This document shows, piece by piece, positions 1-9,383 of a stretch of 55,452 nucleotides of DNA (positions are counted from its first letter, which is position 1; each line of letters starts with the position of its first letter). Both the position numbers and the translations under genes were made by a program. The DNA comes from a virus (lineage: Duplodnaviria; Caudoviricetes). Location of the stretch: the IMG/VR virus record IMGVR_UViG_3300036859_000051, positions 1 to 55,452 of that record, one strand, 5' to 3'. The notes beneath the pieces were generated by a model, which worked only from the letters and a program-made list of their open reading frames with translations, was not told the DNA's origin and searched no databases.

Positions 1-127
1 GCATTCATTCCGGCAAAAAGAGCAAGACGGAAACGGGAACTTGGCGCAAACGCAAGGGTATCGGCGACGACTATTTCAAGGCCATCGAAGCGGAATTGCG
101 CGCTCGCGGGATTGCCGCAATTCATAC
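1..127. repeat. 127-bp direct terminal repeat, left copy (circular assembly overlap)
   Basis: Identical to 55326-55452; an ORF reads through the junction in frame. Confidence 0.95.
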
Positions 128-488
128 CGGCCCAACGCCCGTTGCAATGCCGTCACCAACAATCGTCGCGGGTCCGACACCAACGCCAACACCCGTTGCA
201 ATGCCGACACCAACGCCCGTCGCGGCTCCGGCACCCGTACCAACTCCGGCGCCAATGCCAACACCCGTACCAACTCCGGCACCGGCACCCGTCGCATCGA
301 GCGAACCAACATTCCAGTCGGTTATGTTCGCAATCTCGCAAGGGATGACTAACGGAACAATAACCAACGAGTATCTTTCACTCGTGGCGCAACGATACGG
401 ATTGGCGAATAACTTCGGCGAGCTTCAACAGCGCACCGATCTTGTCCCGCAGATTTGGGCACAATTGCAGGTCGACGGGAAAGTTTGA
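1..488 (+). CDS. 3' part of junction-spanning Pro/Thr-rich phage protein (starts at 55064; 249 aa in total)
   Basis: Frame of ORF 96..488 is continuous with ATG 55064 across the overlap; PTPVAMP repeats; stop overlaps next ATG (TGATG). Confidence 0.85.
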   Translation, partial: IHSGKKSKTETGTWRKRKGIGDDYFKAIEAELRARGIAAIHTGPTPVAMPSPTIVAGPTPTPTPVAMPTPTPVAAPAPVPTPAPMPTPVPTPAPAPVASSEPTFQSVMFAISQGMTNGTITNEYLSLVAQRYGLANNFGELQQRTDLVPQIWAQLQVDGKV

Positions 489-1609
489 TGCTCAATATCG
501 ACGCGACACAACTCCCGCGCGTCCTAGTCTGCAACGGTTCAGTGTTGATGGAAGCTTCACCGGCTTCCATCAACACGCCGATTGAGGACGCACAAGAGGG
601 AACGGCAGCACATTTCATCGCGGCGTCCGTTTTGTCGGGTAAGTTCACCGATCCCCTTGAATGGGTTGATCGGCAGACACCAAACGGAATTTATGTTACG
701 CCTGACATGGGTGAACATGTCGCGACATTCACGAATTTCATTCAACATCGAAACGCGGCTATCCCCGGCCACATTTTTTATGTCGAAGCGAACATCGATT
801 TCGATATTCCCAACAGCGAGGTTGTAATTAGAGCGCGATCCGACGCGATCACTTACGACCCGGCAACTTGGACGCTCTACATTGATGATTTCAAGTTCGG
901 CTGGCGGATCATCGATCCTGTTGAGAATTGGACGTTGATCGCTTATGCGCTTGGTATTTGTCGCCGCGAAGGTTGGCAAGTCGCGCGTGTCGTCATGACG
1001 ATCCATCAGCCGCGCCCGTATCATCCGGACGGCAAACAACGTTCGTGGTCTATCAGCGGCGAAGAATTAGCCGCGTTCGGCATAACGCTTGCCGCGAAGC
1101 TATCCAATTTGACCAATGAACTTCGCACAAGCCCGCATTGTCACAAATGCCGCGCGCTCGCGACGTGTCACGCTGCATCGATGGCCGCTCAAAACTCTAT
1201 CGACGCGATAAGCATCCCGTTCCAAGACACCATCACGAATGACGTTCTGTCGTTTGAAATCTTCAACATGCGTCGCGCGCAAGACGCAATCAAAGACAAA
1301 CTCGGAGCTTATGAGGAACTAGCTAAGCATCGGATCAAAACTGGCGAACAAGTTCCGTCGCTTGCTGTCGAGCCAACGCTAGGCAATCGAGCATATGTCA
1401 AGGGTATTACACCCGAAACAATCGCTTTGTTGACCGGCAAACCGATTGACGAAATCACAACGCGGAAACCCATAACACCCGCCGCGTTGGAACGTATGGG
1501 AGTTTCAGAAGAAACGATCACCGCGTTCACCTATCGACCGCCAACCGGCGAGAAGCTGGTTAAGTTCAACCCGTCCAAAAAAGCACAAAAGCTTTTCGGG
1601 CAAAACTGA
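488..1609 (+). CDS. DUF2800 / Cas4-like PD-(D/E)xK exonuclease
   Basis: AQEGTAAH, E..D..DFKFG nuclease motifs, IHQPR, CHKC..C cluster; sits before SSB and polymerase. Confidence 0.8.
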   Translation: MLNIDATQLPRVLVCNGSVLMEASPASINTPIEDAQEGTAAHFIAASVLSGKFTDPLEWVDRQTPNGIYVTPDMGEHVATFTNFIQHRNAAIPGHIFYVEANIDFDIPNSEVVIRARSDAITYDPATWTLYIDDFKFGWRIIDPVENWTLIAYALGICRREGWQVARVVMTIHQPRPYHPDGKQRSWSISGEELAAFGITLAAKLSNLTNELRTSPHCHKCRALATCHAASMAAQNSIDAISIPFQDTITNDVLSFEIFNMRRAQDAIKDKLGAYEELAKHRIKTGEQVPSLAVEPTLGNRAYVKGITPETIALLTGKPIDEITTRKPITPAALERMGVSEETITAFTYRPPTGEKLVKFNPSKKAQKLFGQN

Positions 1610-1625
1610 AAGGAATAACTGAAAC

Positions 1626-2633
1626 ATGCCAGCCATTGAAATTCTCACCGGAACCGGACGGATCGTTGCCGGTCATCCGCGTAAACCACGCGTCCGGATG
1701 CAAGACGATGGCAAAACGCCCGCGCTCAATCCGGACGGTTCCAAAATTATTGAATACGGCTTTGGGTTCGCAATTCCGAAAGCGGAATGGGCGCCAATTG
1801 CAACAGCGATGGGGCAAGCGGCGAGCGGTGTTCCCGGTGCAAACGATCCGTCCTTCGCTTGGAAGTATCGCGACGGTGACACCGGTTTGGATGGTGACGG
1901 CAAGCCGTTGCGCGACAAACCCGGTTATGCCGGTTGCATGGTCATTTGGGTTTCAACGCGCATCCCCGATTTGATCAAAGTGTTCAAGCCGATCAACGCG
2001 ACGACTTGGCAAGAGCTAGCGGAAAACGAAGTCAAATGCGGTGACTATGTCCGTTGTCGACTTTCCATCGAAGGGCACGGCAAGAAACCCGGCGTAGCAA
2101 GTTCTCGACCCGGTCTTTACCTCAATCCGCAAGGTATCGAGTTTGTCGGATATGGTGAGCCGATCTTTACCGGCCCGGATGCGTCGTCAATGTTCGGCGG
2201 GGCACCTGCGGCTATCCTACCGCCCGGCGCGAGCGCAACGCCTGTAGCACCTTCCGGTAGTGTCGCCATGCCGTCCCCAGTCCCCGCAATGGCGCCCAAC
2301 GCAGCGCCCGCCATGCCGCCCGGCTATCCGTCGCCAACGCCGATGGTGGCGCCTAGCGCGGTCCCTACGCCAGCGGCAGCGCCCGCCCCTATTGCTCCCG
2401 TTGCGGTGCCCATCGCTCCGATCCCTGCCGCCTCGCCCGCCCCGGCGCCGACTGCATTCCCTTCTAGCGGTGTTGCACCCGCGCACGACTTCGTTAACAA
2501 TGCGGCAGGACGGCAACCCGTCGCGTTCGATCCGCAAACCGGTCGACCGGTCTATGGTTACACGCTCGATGCGACCGGCAAGAATTGGCCGATTTACGGC
2601 TACGATCCAGCGGGTAATCCCGTCTATCAGTAA
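1626..2633 (+). CDS. ssDNA-binding protein (DUF2815/gp2.5-like) with long Pro/Ala tail
   Basis: WKYRDGD, KPGYAG, GDYVR, PGLYLNP motifs; SD AAGGA; synteny. Confidence 0.7.
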   Translation: MPAIEILTGTGRIVAGHPRKPRVRMQDDGKTPALNPDGSKIIEYGFGFAIPKAEWAPIATAMGQAASGVPGANDPSFAWKYRDGDTGLDGDGKPLRDKPGYAGCMVIWVSTRIPDLIKVFKPINATTWQELAENEVKCGDYVRCRLSIEGHGKKPGVASSRPGLYLNPQGIEFVGYGEPIFTGPDASSMFGGAPAAILPPGASATPVAPSGSVAMPSPVPAMAPNAAPAMPPGYPSPTPMVAPSAVPTPAAAPAPIAPVAVPIAPIPAASPAPAPTAFPSSGVAPAHDFVNNAAGRQPVAFDPQTGRPVYGYTLDATGKNWPIYGYDPAGNPVYQ

Positions 2634-2720
2634 TCCGTCACGGGTCCAAAGCGTGATGGATGAAGGCGACGCGGTTTTGGAGGCGGAACCGCGTCGCTGT
2701 TTTTCTGAGACGGGGATTGA

Positions 2721-4718
2721 ATGACCGAAGCATATCCTTGGAACTCCATCGGATACGACATAGAAACGTTTCCGAATTGCTTCTTATTTACTTGGGCGTG
2801 GATAAGTAACCCCGAACAAAAGATGACATTCGAAATATCGTTCCGGCGCAACGATATTGTCGAGTTATTGGCCTTTTTGGAATTCTGTCGTGTCAACCAC
2901 GTCGAAATGGTCGGGTTTAACAATATAGCGTTTGATTATCCGGTTTGCCATTTCATCGTTATGAACGGTGTTTCCGTAACGGTCGAAGCGATATATGCGA
3001 AAGCAATGTCAATCATAAATGCGTATGACCGTTTCGAAAATACCATTTGGGAAAGCCATCGGCTTGCCCCTCAGATCGATCTATTCAAAATCCATCACTT
3101 CGACAATAAGGCTAAGACACAAAGTCTTAAAGGTCTCGAATTCAACATGCGATCTGCGTCCGTTCAGGAAATGCCGGTCGAGGCCGGAACGTTTCTGACC
3201 AGCGAAGAAATCGACATGTTGATTGGTTACAATCATCACGATGTAAGCGAGACAATTAAGTTCGCCATGATATCGGCAGAGAACGTCAAGTTCCGACGTG
3301 AAATGCAATCGCAGCTAGACGGCGATGTTCTCAATTTTAACGACACCAAAATTGGTAAGCAAATATTTGAACAACGGCTTGGCGATGAACTTTGTTATGA
3401 CCGTTCGAGCGGTCGCAAAGTTCCTCGACAAACGTATCGAGAAAAGATCATCGTCGGTGACATACTCTTTCCATACATCACCTTTGAACAACCTGAGTTT
3501 CGCCGCGTTCATGACTGGTTGCGAGCGCAAGTTATCACCGATACGAAAGGTGTGTTTACCGATCTGCAAGCGACGATAAACGGGTTCACGTTCCATTTCG
3601 GTACGGGCGGAATTCACGGATCGGTTGCACGAAAGAGGTATCAAGCCGATCAATACTTCACCATTTGGGACGTTGACGTTGCGGCATTGTATCCGTCCAT
3701 CGGGATTATCAATAATCTCGCTCCGGCGCATCTAGGACCGCGCTTCACCGAAGTTTGGTCTAGTATCGTTGCCGAGCGTAAGAAATGGCCTAAGGGCACG
3801 TCGCAGAACGCTAGTTTAAAACTCGCCAATAACGGTCCGTATGGCGACAGTGCGAATGATTATTCGCCTCTCAAAGACATACAATTCACCATGACGATTA
3901 CGATCAATGGTCAATTGTTGCTGTGTAAGCTAGCCGAAATGTTGATGGTCGTCCCGACGCTCACGATCATTCAAATCAATACCGATGGTGTCACATTCAT
4001 TGTAATGCGCACGTTCGAAGCGCAAGTTAAAACGGTTCTGAAAGCTTGGGAAGATTGGTCACGCCTCACGTTGGAAGAAGCGCGCTACGGGCGAATGTTT
4101 ATTCGTGACGTGAATAACTATATTGCTGAAACCGAAGGCGAGAAACCCAAGCTGAAACGTAAAGGCGCGTACGAGTATTACCCGACCGCCAAGGATATCA
4201 GCAACGCTAGTCCTAGCGCATGGCACAAAGATTTAAGCGGCCAAATCGTGCAACGCACCGCCGAAATGGCAATGCTTCATGACATACCGCCCGAAGTGTT
4301 TATCAACTGTCATGTCGACCCGTTTGATTTCATGTTGCGTGCCAAGGTCGACCGCCGTTCCGCATTGTTCATAGGCGACCAGAAGGTTCAGCGCATCACG
4401 CGATACTATGTTGCCAAGCGTGGCGCCGCTTTGACCAAGCGATCTCCGCCGACTGGCACACCCGGCGCATTCAAGTTCAAAAACGGATTGAACGTATATG
4501 AAAAGCTCGCGGTGCTGAAAGAGCTAGAGGAACGCGGAACGCCCGACGCATGGGACGAACGCATTCATACGAAAAACAAATCAACGTATGATGATCGGGA
4601 AATGTCGTTTGTGTCGGGTTGGTTGGTCGCGGAATGCAACGAAGCTGCAAAATTTGATTGGAACAACCTTGACCGACGTTGGTATATCGAGGAAGCTAAG
4701 AAATTGATCATTGAATGA
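2721..4718 (+). CDS. Family B DNA polymerase with 3'-5' exonuclease domain
   Basis: ExoI YDIET, ExoII FNNIAFD, ExoIII YNHHD; motif A DVAALYPS, motif B KLANNGPYG, motif C NTDG. Confidence 0.9.
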   Translation: MTEAYPWNSIGYDIETFPNCFLFTWAWISNPEQKMTFEISFRRNDIVELLAFLEFCRVNHVEMVGFNNIAFDYPVCHFIVMNGVSVTVEAIYAKAMSIINAYDRFENTIWESHRLAPQIDLFKIHHFDNKAKTQSLKGLEFNMRSASVQEMPVEAGTFLTSEEIDMLIGYNHHDVSETIKFAMISAENVKFRREMQSQLDGDVLNFNDTKIGKQIFEQRLGDELCYDRSSGRKVPRQTYREKIIVGDILFPYITFEQPEFRRVHDWLRAQVITDTKGVFTDLQATINGFTFHFGTGGIHGSVARKRYQADQYFTIWDVDVAALYPSIGIINNLAPAHLGPRFTEVWSSIVAERKKWPKGTSQNASLKLANNGPYGDSANDYSPLKDIQFTMTITINGQLLLCKLAEMLMVVPTLTIIQINTDGVTFIVMRTFEAQVKTVLKAWEDWSRLTLEEARYGRMFIRDVNNYIAETEGEKPKLKRKGAYEYYPTAKDISNASPSAWHKDLSGQIVQRTAEMAMLHDIPPEVFINCHVDPFDFMLRAKVDRRSALFIGDQKVQRITRYYVAKRGAALTKRSPPTGTPGAFKFKNGLNVYEKLAVLKELEERGTPDAWDERIHTKNKSTYDDREMSFVSGWLVAECNEAAKFDWNNLDRRWYIEEAKKLIIE

Positions 4719-5275
4719 AAGGCAAGATCATGAACCTGTTTCACCGCGCTCACCACGCTATTTTCGATCCGCTTCCAACAGAAGGCAACATCGTTCGTTT
4801 GATGGAACGCGGTCGACCGTTCCAACTTCCCGCGTCTCTCAAAGACGAGACGGATTATTCCGATATCGGATCAACCATCGCCAAAGCTGTAAAGGAAAAC
4901 ATCATCATGACCGCTCCGGAAATCGCCGTCGCCGAACAGCTTCGGCAGCAACTCGAAACCCTTCGTGAAACCATCACAGCCGGTCGTGATACATTGGTCA
5001 ATGAGCAAGCGGAAGCGGATAAGGAACACACCGCGCAAATTGCCCGGCTCAATGATGAAATCAAATCGCGAAACGAAGCGCATGACGAAGCGACCGCCGA
5101 CTATACCGCTCGGATCGCTGATACCGAACGCGCATTGCACGCTGTGAATGCAAGCATTTCCGATCTTGACGGAGCCGCCGCGCCCGCGCTCGCACCGCCC
5201 GTTGGCGTAGCCTTCGAAGAAGCGAAAAAGCCCGCCGCTAAAACGGGCAACGGCGACGTAACCATTACTACATGA
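4715..5275 (+). CDS. Coiled-coil hypothetical protein (alternative start 4907)
   Basis: ATGA overlaps at both ends; heptad-rich centre; internal SD AAGGA before ATG 4907. Confidence 0.7.
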   Translation: MKGKIMNLFHRAHHAIFDPLPTEGNIVRLMERGRPFQLPASLKDETDYSDIGSTIAKAVKENIIMTAPEIAVAEQLRQQLETLRETITAGRDTLVNEQAEADKEHTAQIARLNDEIKSRNEAHDEATADYTARIADTERALHAVNASISDLDGAAAPALAPPVGVAFEEAKKPAAKTGNGDVTITT

Positions 5276-5745
5276 TCAAAGGCGCCGTCATATCTCGCGA
5301 CGGCGTTTTTCGTTACGCACTGTGGCGTTATTGGGGCACCGGACGGCGGATCGTTTGTTTCGTCATGCTCAACCCTTCAACGGGCGATGCGAGCTTAGAC
5401 GATCCTACGATCCGCCGTTGCATTTCGTTCGCTCAACTGTGGGGTTATGACGGTCTAGTGATCGTCAATCTTCACGCTTTCCGATCCAGTGAGCCCAAGG
5501 ATTTGCGGCTAGCCGTTGACAGCATCGGACCGCTGAACCGGTTCTTCGTCGGCATAGCAGTCAACGAAGCGGAATTAATCATCTGCGCATGGGGCAATCA
5601 CGGCGCCTATCAAGCGCAAGATGCTGAAATGTTGACATGGCTTCGTCGCTTCAAGTTGAGCGCGCTTCGCATTTCTCGGGACGGATTTCCCGGTCATCCG
5701 CTCTATATCGAGCGCGACGCAAAAATTCTTCAATTTCCCTCTTGA
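5272..5745 (+). CDS. DUF1643 family protein
   Basis: FVMLNPST.D...DDPTIRRC, VNL.AFR, AWG, HPLY signature. Confidence 0.85.
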   Translation: MIKGAVISRDGVFRYALWRYWGTGRRIVCFVMLNPSTGDASLDDPTIRRCISFAQLWGYDGLVIVNLHAFRSSEPKDLRLAVDSIGPLNRFFVGIAVNEAELIICAWGNHGAYQAQDAEMLTWLRRFKLSALRISRDGFPGHPLYIERDAKILQFPS

Positions 5746-5771
5746 CGCGTCGACCGTGTCGGGCGTATATA
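5742..5771 (+). promoter_or_regulatory. sigma70-type early promoter (repeat family)
   Basis: TTGACG..TATATA with CGCGTCGACCG; -35 overlaps the upstream stop codon. Confidence 0.75.
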
Positions 5772-5796
5772 TCCGTTATCAACGACGGAGAACGAC

Positions 5797-6024
5797 ATGA
5801 CCGACACCTTGAACATTGAATGCACCATCGCAGGCGAGCAGTATAAGGTTTACGGCTTTGTGATGAACGGTCGTGTCGATTTCTTTTATTCGGTGCATCG
5901 GATCAATACCGGTTGGGCACACTTGAACAAGCGCGTTCATCATCACAAAATCACCCGTATTCGCGCCAAGCTCGCGACCAAAATCAACGCGTTTATCGAC
6001 GCCAACCAACCGAAGGGGAATTGA
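5797..6024 (+). CDS. Hypothetical early protein
   Basis: SD GGAG, directly after promoter. Confidence 0.75.
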   Translation: MTDTLNIECTIAGEQYKVYGFVMNGRVDFFYSVHRINTGWAHLNKRVHHHKITRIRAKLATKINAFIDANQPKGN

Positions 6025-6026
6025 AA

Positions 6027-6245
6027 ATGGCCGCAATGTACCGGGTCACTTTCTGTCACAAGCCGACCGGCAATCTGCAAGATATTTACCTATCGAGCGC
6101 TGACGCCAAGACGACTAAAACGGTCGACTTAAGGACGGCAAATCGGAAAGCTATCGCCAAAGCAAAGAAGCAAGCGCCGAAGAAACTCCGGTCATTCATC
6201 AAGTTGACCGATTACGTCGTTACCAACGTTCTTTGTGTGGGGTGA
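6027..6245 (+). CDS. Hypothetical basic protein
   Basis: SD AAGGGG before ATG 6027; tight packing. Confidence 0.7.
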   Translation: MAAMYRVTFCHKPTGNLQDIYLSSADAKTTKTVDLRTANRKAIAKAKKQAPKKLRSFIKLTDYVVTNVLCVG

Positions 6246-6251
6246 GGAATC

Positions 6252-6665
6252 ATGGGACGCAATATCAGATCACTCACCGTGGCGACCGTTGCACCCGCCG
6301 ATGCGCCTATGGCGCCACACCGCTATCAATACGAAGTGACGTTGCGCCCGGATGGTCAACCGGCCAAAGACCTTGATCTTTGCGACACGTTCGCGGAAAG
6401 GAAGGCGAACTATCCATATGTTACCGGTGAATTCGTTTGGATTGATCGCAACGGTGAAGCCGTCCGAGCGCACATTTTACATGTCGCTTATAACTTCAAT
6501 TATCCAGGCGAGCGACGCGAATATTACACTGTTCAACATGAGACCAAAACGGGCGAATGGTCAAAGAACTGGATCAGAGTTTATCCGGGCGACATCCAGC
6601 GAGGTTATCAACGCGCCGGACTTGCTTCCGACGTTGATCGTTGGGCACCGCTAAAAACCCCTTGA
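6252..6665 (+). CDS. Hypothetical protein
   Basis: SD GAGG; 137-aa ORF. Confidence 0.75.
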   Translation: MGRNIRSLTVATVAPADAPMAPHRYQYEVTLRPDGQPAKDLDLCDTFAERKANYPYVTGEFVWIDRNGEAVRAHILHVAYNFNYPGERREYYTVQHETKTGEWSKNWIRVYPGDIQRGYQRAGLASDVDRWAPLKTP

Positions 6666-6691
6666 CGATCCATCACGTCGGGCGTTATATG
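6662..6691 (+). promoter_or_regulatory. sigma70-type early promoter (repeat family)
   Basis: TTGACG..TATATG with CACGTCGGGCG spacer; -35 overlaps the upstream stop codon. Confidence 0.65.
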
Positions 6692-6717
6692 TCAGTGATC
6701 GAAAGGGAGTTACCGAA

Positions 6718-7050
6718 ATGATTAAACAGGATTGGATGATCATCGTAGCGGGTGAAGCACTTGTTGACGAACTTAGCGCCGAACAGAAACGCGTTGTTCC
6801 CTTCACCGGTTTTGGTTACGACAGCACTACCCTATGCGCGCATCAACGCGACGTTGCACAACGCGGCGTGATCGGCGTTGAAATCGTTCAATCTAATTAC
6901 GGTTATTCTGTTCGATATGATAGCGGATTGCAAAACTTCGGGCTTGTGCGTTCGGGAAAAGGCGTAACGCTCGAAAATGCCGAAACGTTCTGCCGCGAAT
7001 GGGTTGCGGCCGATCCCGCGCATCGTTACGCTTGGAGGCGAGCAAGATGA
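6718..7050 (+). CDS. Hypothetical protein
   Basis: SD AGGGAG after promoter. Confidence 0.75.
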   Translation: MIKQDWMIIVAGEALVDELSAEQKRVVPFTGFGYDSTTLCAHQRDVAQRGVIGVEIVQSNYGYSVRYDSGLQNFGLVRSGKGVTLENAETFCREWVAADPAHRYAWRRAR

Positions 7051-7304
7051 AAATGGATCATTGGAAGGAACCCAAGTTTCGCCGGTTCCTATTCGAATTC
7101 TTTGTGTTGCACGGTATCTGGATTTGCATCCGGTTACTGCGCAACGGGCCGGATCGGCGCAAAGCGTGCGACCGTGAAATTGCTGACTTCCGGTCAAACG
7201 CGTTGAATTGGCTGGATACGTTCGGCACACCGAGCGGCGAGCCCGAAAAACAAAAGGAATATCGCGAAAACGTTGAGTTTCCGCCGATCATTCGGAACGA
7301 TTGA
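7047..7304 (+). CDS. Hypothetical protein
   Basis: SD GGAGG, ATGA overlap. Confidence 0.65.
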   Translation: MKMDHWKEPKFRRFLFEFFVLHGIWICIRLLRNGPDRRKACDREIADFRSNALNWLDTFGTPSGEPEKQKEYRENVEFPPIIRND

Positions 7305-7305
7305 C

Positions 7306-8337
7306 ATGAAAGAACAATTCGAACGTCGCAACTTCCAAGGCAAGACGCTCAAAGTTATCGAGCGCGCCAACAGCATTATTGCTGAGTTTCAACGACAGAG
7401 GTTCAAGCTCACGGTGCGGCAACTCTTTTACCAGTTTGTCAGCAAAGATTGGTTGAAGAACACACCGCAGAACTACGAACGTCTCGGTTCAATCATTGAC
7501 GACGCGCGTAAGGCGGGGTTGATCGATTGGGACGCGATAGAGGATCGCGGCCGGTTCCTTCGCGCTCGCAACGTCTATGAGGATCAACCCGACTTCATAA
7601 ATCGCTTGGTCACCTACGAATTCGCCAAATACATTTGGGGCGACCAGCCGGTTTATTGCGAAGTGTGGATCGAAAAAGACGCCTTGATTGGCGTGATTCA
7701 ACGCGTTTGCTTCGAATACCGCGTCGCATATCTGGCGTGCAAAGGATACGCTTCATCGTCGGCAAAGTACGACGGCGCGCAACGGTTCAAGGAAAAGTTG
7801 AGAGAAGGCAAACGCTGTATTCTGTTCCACCTTGGCGACCATGATCCGTCCGGAATACAAATGACTGACGACAACGGTGATGCGCTCGCAACATACACGC
7901 GCGGGCTTGACGTTGAAGTGGTTCGGCTCGGATTGAACCTTGATCAAGTACGGGAATATGATCCGCCGCCGAATACCGCCAAGGAAAGCGATAGTCGGTT
8001 TGCCGGGTATGTCGAGCAATTCGGCTTCGAAGATTGTTGGGAGCTTGACGCGCTCCGGCCGCAGGTCATTGAACAACTGATCCGTGACGCCATCGAAGGT
8101 ATCTTAGATCACAACGCTTGGAACGCTGCGAAGGAACGCGAGGAAAAGGCACGTCAGCCGCTACGCCTCATATCCGAGCATTGGCCGGAAGTCGTGCGGT
8201 TCATCCGGTTCAAGGATACAGATACCGGTTACGTTGACGGCGGTGAAATCAACGTAAACGACATGTTGGCCGATCTTGAAGCGGGCGCCCCGGAACCCGA
8301 TCCGGATAGTGGCTTAGACACCGTCTTGCCGGAATAA
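7306..8337 (+). CDS. Spo11/TopoVI-A-like winged-helix + TOPRIM protein (Mini-A-like)
   Basis: TVRQLFY (putative catalytic Tyr), VWIEKDA, KGY, LGDHDPSG, WELDAL. Confidence 0.75.
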   Translation: MKEQFERRNFQGKTLKVIERANSIIAEFQRQRFKLTVRQLFYQFVSKDWLKNTPQNYERLGSIIDDARKAGLIDWDAIEDRGRFLRARNVYEDQPDFINRLVTYEFAKYIWGDQPVYCEVWIEKDALIGVIQRVCFEYRVAYLACKGYASSSAKYDGAQRFKEKLREGKRCILFHLGDHDPSGIQMTDDNGDALATYTRGLDVEVVRLGLNLDQVREYDPPPNTAKESDSRFAGYVEQFGFEDCWELDALRPQVIEQLIRDAIEGILDHNAWNAAKEREEKARQPLRLISEHWPEVVRFIRFKDTDTGYVDGGEINVNDMLADLEAGAPEPDPDSGLDTVLPE

Positions 8338-8341
8338 ATGA

Positions 8342-8368
8342 AACGCCCCGGTGTTGAGCCGGGGCGTT
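8342..8368. terminator. Hairpin terminator between convergent early and late units
   Basis: AACGCCCCGG-7nt-CCGGGGCGTT. Confidence 0.8.
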
Positions 8369-8369
8369 A

Positions 8370-8577
8370 GCATTGGTCCTAGGGAAGGATTTCGATGCGA
8401 CAGAACCCAAAATCAGGCTCCGAACTGTTGACCTCCAAAGTCAGTCATTCTTGTCACGTCGTTGCGTGACCGATAAACGCGCCCCATGCTTTTCGTAGGT
8501 CCCAAGGGTTACCGGTCCGAACCGGCCGCGTCCTCAACCAGTTTTGCCCCTTCCACAAGGGGAAAGGGTCCGACTAT
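8370..8577 (-). ncRNA. Candidate structured non-coding RNA downstream of the lysis genes
   Basis: No credible ORF; five hairpins plus long-range helices, several needing G-U pairs available only on the minus strand. Confidence 0.45.
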
Positions 8578-9045
8578 CTAAGCCCCGTCCGGCTTCCCTG
8601 TCAAGCGCTCTAGCAACGTGCGTCCCTTGGCAATTGCCTTCGACTTGATGACACTCGCGGCAGTCACGCGAGCCGATACACGGTCCGCGATTTGGACGCC
8701 GAAGAACGAAAGTAAAATCGCGCCTTCCCATTCATCGAACGGCGCCGGGAACTTCGCGATCCGTAAACCGAGCGCGAAACACGTATCGAGCCCGACAAGC
8801 AAAAGATGAAGGGTAAATGTTCCGGCGATCAACGCGGTGATCAACCGCATTTCCCAATGCCCGGCCGTCGCCAAACGAATTTCCTTGGCGGTCGCGCGAA
8901 CGTCGGCGCGTTCCTCCGCTGCCCGACGTTCAGCATCGTTCATTGCGGCCATCTTGGCGCGTTCGTGTTCCTGCCACGCGCCTAGAACCTTATCGGCCAA
9001 GCCGCCTGTTAACAGATTGCCGAGCCAACCAAGAAACCCCATCAT
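8578..9045 (-). CDS. Holin-like membrane protein
   Basis: N-terminal amphipathic helix plus two hydrophobic segments; in the lysis cassette. Confidence 0.6.
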   Translation of the reverse strand: MMGFLGWLGNLLTGGLADKVLGAWQEHERAKMAAMNDAERRAAEERADVRATAKEIRLATAGHWEMRLITALIAGTFTLHLLLVGLDTCFALGLRIAKFPAPFDEWEGAILLSFFGVQIADRVSARVTAASVIKSKAIAKGRTLLERLTGKPDGA

Positions 9046-9383
9046 TGACCGCCGTGTTCAGCGGGTTCGGTAGCGTTGACCGATTTTGCTTCGGCAACTT
9101 CCACCTTGTTGCCGATCATCGCGGTTGATCGCATCTTCAAAATCATACCGTTGATTTGGACGGCAAGATTAAGAACCACGACGGCGGCCAACATTCGACC
9201 GGGCGACAGGTTAAGCGTCGGCAACAGCGGTAAAACGTTGGGCGCCAATACCGCGACAAGCGCGATCACCGTTGTCACGGCGCCGACAATGTAGTTCCAA
9301 ATCTCTTTGGAGCGCCACCAACGTTTGACCGTGATCCCGCCAATCGTAATGGTGGAAACATCAACGGTATCTGACTTAGCCAT
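9042..9383 (-). CDS. Two-TM holin-like protein
   Basis: KRWWRSK followed by two hydrophobic helices; follows the endolysin. Confidence 0.65.
   Translation of the reverse strand: MAKSDTVDVSTITIGGITVKRWWRSKEIWNYIVGAVTTVIALVAVLAPNVLPLLPTLNLSPGRMLAAVVVLNLAVQINGMILKMRSTAMIGNKVEVAEAKSVNATEPAEHGGQ

Noticed and set aside
1-127. Terminal repeat as a biological DTR
   Set aside because: It is exactly 127 bp, a common assembler k-mer, and falls mid-gene; best explained as circular overlap
488-1609. Cas4-like gene as evidence of a CRISPR system
   Set aside because: No repeat-spacer array or other cas genes; a standard phage replication nuclease context
8370-8577. tRNA, hammerhead ribozyme or small ORF in the post-lysis gap
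   Set aside because: No cloverleaf or T-loop, no CUGAUGA core; the 24-codon minus ORF lacks an RBS
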